Origin: Eledone cirrhosa
Lineage: Eukaryota
Assembly: GCA_964016885.1 (NCBI GenBank)
Contig: CAXHJY010000105.1
Span: 434,001-498,000 of the forward strand
DNA: 64,000 bases
Reading direction: 5' to 3'
Positions 42,101-55,949 of the stretch are shown here, piece by piece. Made by a program: the position numbers and the translations under genes. Under the pieces are notes generated by a model. The model had not been told where the DNA came from, ran no database searches, and saw only the letters and a list, made by a program, of their open reading frames with translations. The number at the start of each line of letters is the position of its first letter. Positions within the stretch are counted from its first letter, which is position 1.

Positions 42101-45100
42101 GACCTAACATAAGGATACAGAACACTTGACCTAACATAAGGATACAGAACCCTTGACCTAACATAAGGATACAGAACCCTTGACCTAACATAAGGATACA
42201 GAACACTTGACCTAACATAAGGATACAGAACACTTGACCTAACATAAGGATACAGAACCCTTGACCTAACAAGGATACAGAACACTTGACCTAACATAAG
42301 GATACAGAACCCTTGACCTAACATAAGGATACAGAACACTTGACCTAACATAAGGATACAGAACCCTTGACCTAACATAAGGATACAGAACCCTTGACCT
42401 AACATAAGGATACAGAACCCTTGACCTAACATAAGGATACAGAACACTTGACCTAACATAAGGATACAGAACACTTGACCTAACATAAGGATACAGAACC
42501 CTTGACCTAACATAAGGATACAGAACCCTTGACCTAACATAAGGATACAGAACACTTGACCTAACATAAGGATACAGAACACTTGACCTAACATAAGGAT
42601 ACAGAACCCTTGACCTAACAAGGATACAGAACACTTGACCTAACATAAGGATACAGAACCCTTGACCTAACATAAGGATACAGAACACTTGACCTAACAT
42701 AAGGATACAGAACCCTTGACCTAACATAAGGATACAGAACCCTTGACCTAACATAAGGATACAGAACACTTGACCTAACATAAGGATACAGAACACTTGA
42801 CCTAACATAAGGATACAGAACCCTTGACCTAACATAAGGATACAGAACACTTGACCTAACATAAGGATACAGAACACTTGACCTAACATAAGGATACAGA
42901 ACCCTTGACCTAACATAAGGATACAGAACCCTTGACCTAACATAAGGATACAGAACACTTGACCTAACATAAGGATACAGAACCCTTGACCTAACATAAG
43001 GATACAGAACCCTTGACCTAACATAAGGATACAGAACACTTGACCTAACATAAGGATACAGAACACTTGACCTAACATAAGGATACAGAATCCTTGACCT
43101 AACATAAGGATACAGAACACTTGACCTAACATAAGGATACAGAACCCTTGACCTAACATAAGGATACAGAACACTTGACCTAACATAAGGATACAGAACA
43201 CTTGACCTAACATAAGGATACAGAACCCTTGACCTAACATAAGGATACAGAACACTTGACCTAACATAAGGATACAGAACACTTGACCTAACATAAGGAT
43301 ACAGAACCCTTGACCTAACATAAGGATACAGAACACTTGACCTAACATAAGGATACAGAACACTTGACCTAACATAAGGATACAGAACCCTTGACCTAAC
43401 ATAAGGATACAGAACCCTTGACCTAACATAAGGATACAGAAACTTGACCTAACATAAGGATACAGAACCCTTGACCTAACAAGGATACAGAACACTTGAC
43501 CTAACATAAGGATACAGAACCCTTGACCTAACATAAGGATACAGAACACTTGACCTAACATAAGGATACAGAACACGTGACCTGACATAAGGATACAGAA
43601 CACTTGACTTAACATAAGGATACAGAACCCTTGACCTAACATAGGGATACAGAACCCTTGACCTAACATAGGGATACAGAACACTTCACCTAACATAAGG
43701 ATACAGAACCCTTGACCTAACATAAGGATACAGAACACTTGACCTAACATAAGGATACAGAACCATTGACCTAACATAGGGATACAGAACCCTTGACCTA
43801 ACATAAGGATACAGAACACTTGACCTAACATAAGGATACAGAACCCTTGACCTAACATAAGGATACAGAACACTTGACCTAACATAAGGATACAGAACAC
43901 TTCACCTAACATAAGGATACAGAACCCTTGACCTAACATAAGGATACAGAACACTTGACCTAACATAAGGATACAGAACCCTTGACCTAACATAGGGATA
44001 CAGAACCCTTGACCTAACATAGGGATACAGAACACTTCACCTAACATAAGGATACAGAACCCTTGACCTAACATAAGGATACAGAACCCTTGACCTAACA
44101 TAAGGATACAGAACCCTTGACCTAACATAAGGATACAGAAACTTGACCTAACATAAGGATACAGAACACTTGACCTAACATAAGGATACAGAACACGTGA
44201 CCTAACATAAGGATACAGAACACGTGACCTAACAAAGATACAGAACACGTGACCTAACAAAGATACAGAACACGTGACCTAACATAAGGATACAGAACAC
44301 TTGACCTAAATATAAGTATACAGAACACTTGACCTAACATCAGGATACAGAACACTTCACCTAACATAAGGATACAGAAGACTTGACCTAACATAAGGAT
44401 ACAGAACACTTGACCTGACATAAGGATACAGAACACTTGACCTGACATAAGGATACAGAACACTTGACCTAACATAAGGATACAGAACACTTGACCTAAA
44501 TATAAGGATACAGAACACTTGACCTGACATAAGGATACAGAACCCTTGACCTGACATAAGGATACAGAACACTTGACCTAACATAAGGATACAGAACACT
44601 TGACCTAAATATAAGGATACAGAACACTTGACCTGACATAAGGATACAGAACACTTGACGTAACATAAGGATACAGAACACCTGACCTAAATATAAGGAT
44701 ACAGAACACTTGACCTAACATAAGGATACAGAACACTTGACCTAACATAAGGATACAGAACACTTGACCTGACATAAGGATACAGAACACTTGACCTGAC
44801 ATAAGGATACAGAACCCTTGACCTAACAAGGATACAGAACAGTTGACCTAACATAAGGATGCAGAACACTTGACCTAACATAAGGATACAGAACACCTGA
44901 CCTAACATAAGGTTACAGAACCCTTGACCTAACATAAGGATACAGAACCCTTGACCTAACAAGGATAAAGAAGACTTGACCTAACATAAGGATACAGAAA
45001 CCTTGACCTAACATAAGGATACAGAACCCTTGACCTAACATAAGGATACAGAACCCTTGACCTAACATAAGGATACAGAACACTTGACCTAAATATAAGG

Positions 45101-48100
45101 ATACAGAACACTTGACCTGACATAAGGATACAGAACAGTTGACCTAACATAAGGATGCAGAACACTTGACATAACATAAGGATACAGAACACTTGACCTA
45201 ACATAAGGATACAGAACACTTGACCTAACATAAGGATACAGAATCCTTGACCTAACATAAGGATACAGAACCCTTGATCTAACATAAGGATACAGAAGAC
45301 TTGACCTAACATAACCATACAGAACACTTGACCTAACATAAGGATACAGAACACCTGACCTAACATAAGGATACAGATCACCGGACCTAACGAGGATACA
45401 GAACACCTGATCTAACATAAGGATACAGAACACCTGACCTGACATAAGGACACAGAACACTTGACTTAACGTAAGGATACAGAACACTTGACCTAACGTA
45501 AGGATACAGAACACTTGACCTAACATAAGGATACAAAACCCTTGACCTAACATAAGGATACAGAAGAATTGACCTACCATATGGATACAGAACCCTTGAC
45601 CTGACATAAGGATACAGAACACTTGACCTAACATAAGGATACAGAACACTTGACCTAACATAAGGATACAGAACACCTGACCTAACAATGATACAGAACA
45701 CTTGACCTAACAGAGGGATACAGAACCCTTGACCTAACATAGGGATACAGAACACTTGACCTAACATAAGGATACAGAACCCTTGACCTAACATGAGGAT
45801 ACAGAACCCTTGACCTAACATAAGGATACAGAACCCTTGACCTAACATAAGGATACAGAAACTTGACCTAACATAAGGATACAGAACACTTGACCTAATA
45901 TAAGGATACAGAACACTTAACCTAACATAAGGATACAGAACACTTGACCTAACAAAGATACAGAACACTTGACCTGACATAAGGATACAGAAACTTGACC
46001 TAACATAAGGATACAGAACCCTTGACCTAACATAAGGATACAGAACCCTTGACCTAACATAAGGATACAGAAACTTGACCTAACATAAGGATACAGAACC
46101 CTTGACCTAACATAAGGATACAGAAACTTGACCTAACATAAGGATACAGAACCCTTGACCTAACAAGGATACAGAACACTTGACCTAACATAAGGATACA
46201 GAACACTTGACCTAACATAAGGATACAGAACCCTTGACCTAACATAAGGATACAGAACACTTGACCTAACATAAGGATACAGAACACTTGACCTAACATA
46301 AGGATACAGAACCCTTGACCTAACATAAGGATACAGAACACTTGACCTAACATAAGGATACAGAACACTTGACCTAACATAAGGATACAGAACCCTTGAC
46401 CTAACATTAGTATACAGAAACTTGACCTAACATAAGGATACAGAACCCTTGACCTAACATAAGGATACAGAAACTTGACCTAACATAAGGATACAGAACA
46501 CTTGACCTAACAAGGATACAGAACACTTGACCTAACATAAGGATACAGAACCCTTGACCTAACATAAGGATACAGAACACTTGACCTAACATAAGGATAC
46601 AGAACACGTGACCTGACATAAGGATACAGAACACTTGACCTAACATAAGGATACAGAACCCTTGACCTAACATAAGGATGCAGAACACTTGACCTAACAT
46701 AAGGATACAGAACACTTGACCTAACATAAGGATACAGAACACTTGACCTAACATAAGGATACAGAACCCTTGACCTAACATAAGGATACAGAACACTTGA
46801 CCTAACATAAGGATACAGAACACTTGACCTAACATAAGGATACAGAACACTTGACCTAACATAAGGATACAGAACCCTTGACCTAACATAAGGATACAGA
46901 ACACTTGACCTAACATAAGGATACAGAACACTTGACCTAACATAAGGATACAGAACCCTTGACCTAACATAAGTATACAGAAACTTGACCTAACATAAGG
47001 ATACAGAACCCTTGACCTAACATAAGTATACAGAAACTTGACCTAACATAAGGATACAGAACACTTGACCTAACAAGGATACAGAACACTTGACCTAACA
47101 TAAGGATACAGAACCCTTGACCTAACATAAGGATACAGAACACTTGACCTAACATAAGGATACAGAACACGTGACCTGACATAAGGATACAGAACACTTG
47201 ACCTAACATAAGGATACAGAACCCTTGACCTAACATAAGGATACAGAACACTTGACCTAACATAAGGATACAGAACACTTGACCTAACATAAGGATACAG
47301 AACACTTGACCTAACATAAGGATACAGAACCCTTGACCTAACATAAGGATACAGAACACTTGACCTAACATAAGGATACAGAACACTTGACCTAACATAA
47401 GGATACAGAACCCTTGACCTAACATAAGTATACAGAAACTTGACCTAACATAAGGATACAGAACCCTTGACCTAACATAAGTATACAGAAACTTGACCTA
47501 ACATAAGGATACAGAACACTTGACCTAACAAGGATACAGAACACTTGACCTAACATAAGGATACAGAACCCTTGACCTAACATAAGGATACAGAACACTT
47601 GACCTAACATAAGGATACAGAACACGTGACCTGACATAAGGATACAGAACACTTGACCTAACATAAGGATACAGAACCCTTGACCTAACATAAGGATACA
47701 GAACACTTGACCTAACATAAGGATACAGAACACTTGACCTAACATAAGGATACAGAACACTTGACCTAACATAAGGATACAGAACCCTTGACCTAACATA
47801 AGGATACAGAACACTTGACCTAACATAAGGATACAGAACACTTGACCTAACATAAGGATACAGAACACTTGACCTAACATAAGGATACAGAACCCTTGAC
47901 CTAACATAAGGATACAGAACACTTGACCTAACATAAGGATACAGAACACTTGACCTAACATAAGGATACAGAACCCTTGACCTAACATAAGTATACAGAA
48001 ACTTGACCTAACATAAGGATACAGAACCCTTGACCTAACATAAGGATACAGAAACTTGACCTAACATAAGGATACAGAACCCTTGACCTAACAAGGATAC

Positions 48101-49240
48101 AGAACACTTGACCTAACATAAGGATACAGAACACTTGACCTAACATAAGGATACAGAACACGTGACCTGACATAAGGATACAGAACACTTGACTTAACAT
48201 AAGGATACAGAACCCTTCACCTAACATAAGGATACAGAACCCTTGACCTAACATAAGGATACATAACACATGACCTAACATAAGGATACAGAACCATTGA
48301 CCTAACATAGGGATACAGAACCCTTGACCTAACATAGGGATACAGAACACTTCACCTAACATAACGATACAGAACCCTTGACCTAACATAAGGATACAGA
48401 ACCCTTGACCTAACATAAGGATACAGAACCCTTGACCTAACATAAGGATACAGAACACTTCACCTAACATAAGGATACAGAACCCTTGACCTAACATAAG
48501 GATACAGAACACTTGACCTAACATAAGGATACAGAACCCTTGACCTAACATAGGGATACAGAACCCTTGACCTAACATAGGGATACAGAACACTTCACCT
48601 AACATAAGGATACAGAACCCTTGACCTAACATAAGGATACAGAACCCTTGACCTAACATAAGGATACAGAACCCTTGACCTAACATAAGGATACAGAAAC
48701 TTGACCTAACATAAGGATACAGAACACTTGACCTAACATAAGGATACAGAACACGTGACCTAACATAAGGATACAGAACACGTGACCTAACAAAGATACA
48801 GAACACGTGACCTAACAAAGATACAGAACACGTGACCTAACATAAGGATACAGAACACTTGACCTAAATATAAGTATACAGAACACTTGACCTAACATCA
48901 GGATACAGAACACTTCACCTAACATAAGGATACAGAAGACTTGACCTAACATAAGGATACAGAACACTTGACCTGACATAAGGATACAGAACACTTGACC
49001 TGACATAAGGATACAGAACACTTGACCTAACATAAGGATACAGAACACTTGACCTAAATATAAGGATACAGAACACTTGACCTGACATAAGGATACAGAA
49101 CCCTTGACCTGACATAAGGATACAGAACACTTGACCTAACATAAGGATACAGAACACTTGACCTAAATATAAGGATACAGAACACTTGACCTGACATAAG
49201 GATACAGAACACTTGACGTAACATAAGGATACAGAACACC
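31820..49240 (+). repeat. Near-identical tandem duplication, copy 1 about 31820-40140 and copy 2 about 40140-49240
   Basis: Offset 8430 for ORFs 32119/40549 and 32550/40980. Offset 9101 for 35153/44254, 35855/44956, 36953/46054, 37863/46964, 38881/47982 and 39711/48812. The offset change arises in the homogeneous A/C tract. Confidence 0.9.
37300..38890 (+). repeat. Higher-order repeat of 563/455/563 bp (21/17/21 monomers); second copy at about 46400-47990
   Basis: ORF starts at 37300, 37863, 38318 and 38881. Each unit starts with AAGTATACAGAAACTTG and holds two 26-mers, one 25-mer and one CACGTGACCTGAC monomer (21x27-4=563; 17x27-4=455). Confidence 0.88.
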
Positions 49241-52200
49241 TGACCTAAATATAAGGATACAGAACACTTGACCTAACATAAGGATACAGAACACTTGACC
49301 TAACATAAGGATACAGAACACTTGACCTGACATAAGGATACAGAACACTTGACCTGACATAAGGATACAGAACCCTTGACCTAACAAGGATACAGAACAG
49401 TTGACCTAACATAAGGATGCAGAACACTTGACCTAACATAAGGATACAGAACACTTGACCTAACATAAGTATACAGAACCCTTGACCTAACATAAGGATA
49501 CAGAACACTTGACCTAACATAAGGATACAGAACACCTGACCTAACAAGGATACAGAACACTTGACCTAACATAAGGATACAGAACCCTTGAGCTAACATA
49601 AGGATACAGAACACTTGACCTAACATAAGGATACAGAACCCTTGACCTAACATAAGGATAGAGAACCCTTGACCTAACATAAGGATACAGAACACCTGAC
49701 CTAACATAAAGATATAGAACCCTTGACCTAACATAAGGATACAGAACCCTTGACCTAACATAAGGATAGAGAACCCTTGACCTAACATAAGGATACAGAA
49801 CACCTGACCTAACATAAAGATATAGAACCCTTGACCTAACATAAGGTTACAGAACCCTTGACCAAACATAAGGATACAGAACCCTTGACCTAACATAAGG
49901 ATACAGAAGACTTGACCTAACATAAGGATACAGAACACTTGACCTAATATAATGATACAGAACACTTGACCTAACATAAGGATACAGAACACGTGACCTA
50001 ACAAAGATACAGAACACTTGCCCTAACATAAGGATACAGAACCCTTGACCTAACATAAGGATAGAGAACCCTTGACCTAACATAAGCATACAGACCCCTT
50101 GACCTAACAAAGATACAGAACACTTGACCTGACATAAGGATACAGAACCCTTTACCTAACAAGGATACAGAACACTTGACCTAACATAAGGATACAGAAC
50201 ACTTGACCTAACATAAGGATACAGAACACTTGACCTAACATAAGGATACAGAACACCTGACCTAACATAAGGATACAGAACCCTTGACCTAACACAAGGA
50301 TAGAGAACCCTTGACCTAACATAAGCATACAGACCCCTTGACCTATCATAAGGATAGAGAACCCTTGACCTAACATAAGCATACAGACCCCTTGACCTAT
50401 CATAAGGATAGAGAACCCTTGACCTAACATAAGGATACAGAACACCTGACCTAACATAAAGATATAGTACCCTTGACCTAACATAAGGATACAGAACACT
50501 TGACCTAACGTAAGGATACAGAACACCTGACCTAACATAAGGTTACAGAACCCTTGACCTAACATAAGGATACAGAACCCTTGACCTAACAAGGATAAAG
50601 AAGACTTGACCTAACATAAGGATACAGAAACCTTGACCTAACAAGGATACAGAACCCTTGACCTAACATAAGGATACAGAACACTTGACCTAACATAAGG
50701 ATACAGAACACTTGACCTAACATAAGGATACAGAACACTTGACTTGACATAAGGATACAGAACAGTTGACCTAACATAAGGATGCAGAACACTTGACATA
50801 ACATAAGGATACAGAACACTTGACCTAACATAAGGATACAGAACACTTGACCTAACATAAGGATACAGAATCCTTTACCTAACATAAGGATACAGAACCC
50901 TTGATCTAACATAAGGATACAGAAGACTTGACCTAACATAACCATACAGAACACTTGACCTAACATAAGGATACAGAACACCTGACCTAACATAAGGATA
51001 CAGATCACCGGACCTAACGAGGATACAGAACACCTGACCTAACATAAGGATACAGAACACCTGACCTGACATAAGGATACAGAACACTTGACTTAACGTA
51101 AGGATACAGAACACTTGACCTAACGTAAGGATACAGAACACGTGACCTAACATAAGGATACAAAACCCTTGACCTAACATAAGGATACAGAAGAATTGAC
51201 CTAACATAACCATACAGAACACTTGACCTAACATAAGGATAAAAACACCTGACCTAACATAAGGATACAGAACACCTGACCTGACATAAGGATACAGAAC
51301 ACTTGACTTAACGTAAGGATACAGAACACTTGACCTAACATAAGGATACAGAACCCTTGACCTGACATAAGGATACAGAACACTTGACCTAACATAAGGA
51401 TACAGAACACTTGACCTAACATAAGGATACAGAACACCTGACCTCACATTAGGATACAGAACACTTGACCTAACATAAGGATACAGAACACTTGACCTAA
51501 CATAAGGATACAGAACACTTGACCTAACATAAGGATACAGAACCCTTGACCTAACAGAGGGATACAGAACCCTTGACCTAACATAGGGATACAGAACACT
51601 TGACCTAACATAAGGATACAGAACCCTTGACCTAACATAAGGATACAGAACCCTTGACCTAACATAAGGATACAGAACCCTTGACCTAACATAAGGATAC
51701 AGAACACTTGACCTAACATAAGGATACAGAACACTTGACCTAATATAAGGATACAGAACACTTAACCTAACATAAGGATACAGAACACTTGACCTAACAA
51801 AGATACAGAACACTTGACCTGACATAAGGATACAGAACCCTTGACCTAACAAGGATACAGAACACTTGACCTAACATAAGGATACAGAACACTTGACCTA
51901 ACATAAGGATACAGAACCCTTGACCTAACATAAGGATACAGAACACTTGACCTAACATAAGGATACAGAACACGTGACCTAACATAAGGATACAGAACAC
52001 TTGACCTAAATATAAGGATACAGAACACCTGACCTAACAAGGATACAGAACACTTGACCTAACATAAGGATACAGAACCCTTGACCTAACATAAGGATAC
52101 AGAACACTTGACCTAACATAAGGATACAGAACACCTGACCTAACAAGGATACAGAACACTTGACCTAACATAAGGATACAGAACCCTTGACCTAACATAA

Positions 52201-55200
52201 GGATAGAGAACCCTTGACCTAACATAAGCATACAGACCCCTTGACCTATCATAAGGATATAGAACCCTTGACCTAACATAAGGATACAGAACCCTTGACC
52301 TAACATAAGAATAGAGAACCCTTGACCTAACATAAGGATACAGAACACCTGACCTAACATAAAGATATAGAACCCTTGACCTAACATAAGGATACAGAAC
52401 CCTTGACCTAACATAAGGATAGAGAACCCTTGACCTAACATAAGGATACAGAACACCTGACCTAACATAAAGATATAGTACCCTTGACCTAACATAAGGA
52501 TACAGAACACTTGACCTAACGTAAGGATACAAAACACCTGACCTAACATAAGGTTACAGAACCCTTGACCTAACATAAGGATACAGAACCCTTGACCTAA
52601 CAAGGATAAAGAAGACTTGACCTAACATAAGGATACAGAAACCTTGACCTAACATAAGGATACAGAACCCTTGACCTAACATAAGGATACAGAACCCTTG
52701 ACCTAACATAAGGATACAGAACACTTGACCTAAATATAAGGATACAGAACACTTGACCTGACATAAGGATACAGAACAGTTGACCTAACATAAGGATGCA
52801 GAACACTTGACATAACATAAGGATACAGAACACTTGACCTAACATAAGGATACAGAACACTTGACCTAACATAAGGATACAGAATCCTTGACCTAACATA
52901 AGGATACAGAACCCTTGATCTAACATAAGGATACAGAAGACTTGACCTAACATAACCATACAGAACACTTGACCTAACATAAGGATACAGAACACCTGAC
53001 CTAACATAAGGATACAGATCACCGGACCTAACGAGGATACAGAACACCTGATCTAACATAAGGATACAGAACACCTGACCTGACATAAGGACACAGAACA
53101 CTTGACTTAACGTAAGGATACAGAACACTTGACCTAACGTAAGGATACAGAACACTTGACCTAACATAAGGATACAAAACCCTTGACCTAACATAAGGAT
53201 ACAGAAGAATTGACCTACCATATGGATACAGAACCCTTGACCTGACATAAGGATACAGAACACTTGACCTAACATAAGGATACAGAACACTTGACCTAAC
53301 ATAAGGATACAGAACACCTGACCTAACAATGATACAGAACACTTGACCTAACAGAGGGATACAGAACCCTTGACCTAACATAGGGATACAGAACACTTGA
53401 CCTAACATAAGGATACAGAACCCTTGACCTAACATGAGGATACAGAACCCTTGACCTAACATAAGGATACAGAACCCTTGACCTAACATAAGGATACAGA
53501 AACTTGACCTAACATAAGGATACAGAACACTTGACCTAATATAAGGATACAGAACACTTAACCTAACATAAGGATACAGAACACTTGACCTAACAAAGAT
53601 ACAGAACACTTGACCTGACATAAGGATACAGAACCCTTGACCTAACATAAGGATACAGAACCCTTGACCTAACATAAGGATACAGAAACTTGACCTAACA
53701 TAAGGATACAGAACCCTTGACCTAACAAGGATACAGAACACTTGACCTAACATAAGGATACAGAACACTTGACCTAACATAAGGATACAGAACCCTTGAC
53801 CTAACATAAGGATACAGAACACTTGACCTAACATAAGGATACAGAACACTTGACCTAACATAAGGATACAGAACCCTTGACCTAACATAAGGATACAGAA
53901 CACTTGACCTAACATAAGGATACAGAACACTTGACCTAACATAAGGATACAGAACCCTTGACCTAACATAAGGATACAGAACACTTGACCTAACATAAGG
54001 ATACAGAACACTTGACCTAACAAGGATACAGAACACTTGACCTAACATAAGGATACAGAACCCTTGACCTAACATAAGGATACAGAACACTTGACCTAAC
54101 ATAAGGATACAGAACCCTTGACCTAACATAAGGATACAGAACACTTGACCTAACATAAGGATACAGAACACTTGACCTAACAAAGATACAGAACACGTGA
54201 CCTAACAAAGATACAGAACACTTGACCTGACATAAGGATACAGAACCCTTGACCTAACAAGGATACAGAACACTTGACCTAACATAAGGATACAGAACAC
54301 TTGACCTAACATAAGGATACAGAACCCTTGACCTAACATAAGGATACAGAACACTTGACCTAACATAAGGATACAGAACACGTGACCTAACATAAGGATA
54401 CAGAACACTTGACCTGACATAAGGATACAGAACACTTGACCTAACATAAGGATACAGAACACTTGACGTAACATAAAGGATACAGAACACTTGACCTAAA
54501 TATAAGGATACAGAACACTTGACCTGACATAAGGATACAGAACCCTTGACCTAACAAGAATACAGAACAGTTGACCTAACATAAGGATGAAGAACACTTG
54601 ACCTAACATAAGGATACAGAACACTTGACCTAACATAAGTATACAGAACCCTTGACCTAACATAAGGATACAGAACACTTGATCTAACATAAGGATACAG
54701 AACACTTGACCTAACATAAGGATACAGAACACCTGACCTAACTGATACAGAACACTTGACCTAACATAAGGATACAGAACCCTTGACCTAACATAAGGAT
54801 ACAGAACCCTTGACCTAACATAAGGATACAGAACCCTTGACCTAACATAAGGATACAGAAACTTGACCTAACATAAGGATACAGAACACTTGACCTAACA
54901 TAAGGATACAGAACCCTTGACCTAACATAGGGATACAGAACACTTCACCTAACATAAGGATACAGAACCCTTGACCTAACATAAGGATACAGAACCCTTG
55001 ACCTAACATAAGGATACAGAACCCTTGACCTAACATAAGGATACAGAAACTTAACCTAACATAAGGATACAGAACACTTGACCTAACATAAGGATACAGA
55101 ACACGTGACCTAACATAAGGATACAGAACACGTGACCTAACAAAGATACAGAACACGTGACCTAACAAAGATACAGAACACGTGACCTAACATAAGGATA

Positions 55201-55949
55201 CAGAACACTTGACCTAAATATAAGGATACAGAACACTTGACCTAACATCAGGATACAGAACACTTCACCTAACATAAGGATACAGAAGACTTGACCTAAC
55301 ATAAGGATACAGAACACTTGACCTGACATAAAGATACAGAACACTTGACCTGACATAAGGATACAGAACACTTGACCTAACATAAGGATACAGAACACTT
55401 GACCTAAATATAAGGATACAGAACACTTGACCTGACATAAGGATACAGAACCCTTGACCTGACATAAGGATACAGAACACTTGACCTAACATAAGGATAC
55501 AGAACACTTGACCTAAATATAAGGATACAGAACACTTGACCTGACATAAGGATACAGAACACTTGACCTAACATAAGGATACAGAACACTTGACCTAAAT
55601 ATAAGGATACAGAACACTTGACCTGACATAAGGATACAGAACACTTGATCTAACATAAGGATACAGAACACCTGACCTAAATATAAGGATACAGCACACT
55701 TGACCTAACATAAGGATACAGAACACTTGACCTAACATAAGGATACAGAACACTTGACCTGACATAAGGATACAGAACACTTGACCTGACATACGGATAC
55801 AGAACCCTTGACCTAACAAGGATACAGAACAGTTGACCTAACATAAGGATGCAGAACACTTGACCTAACATAAGGATACAGAACACTTGACCTAACATAA
55901 GTATACAGAACCCTTGACCTAACATAAGGATACAGAACACTTGACCTAA

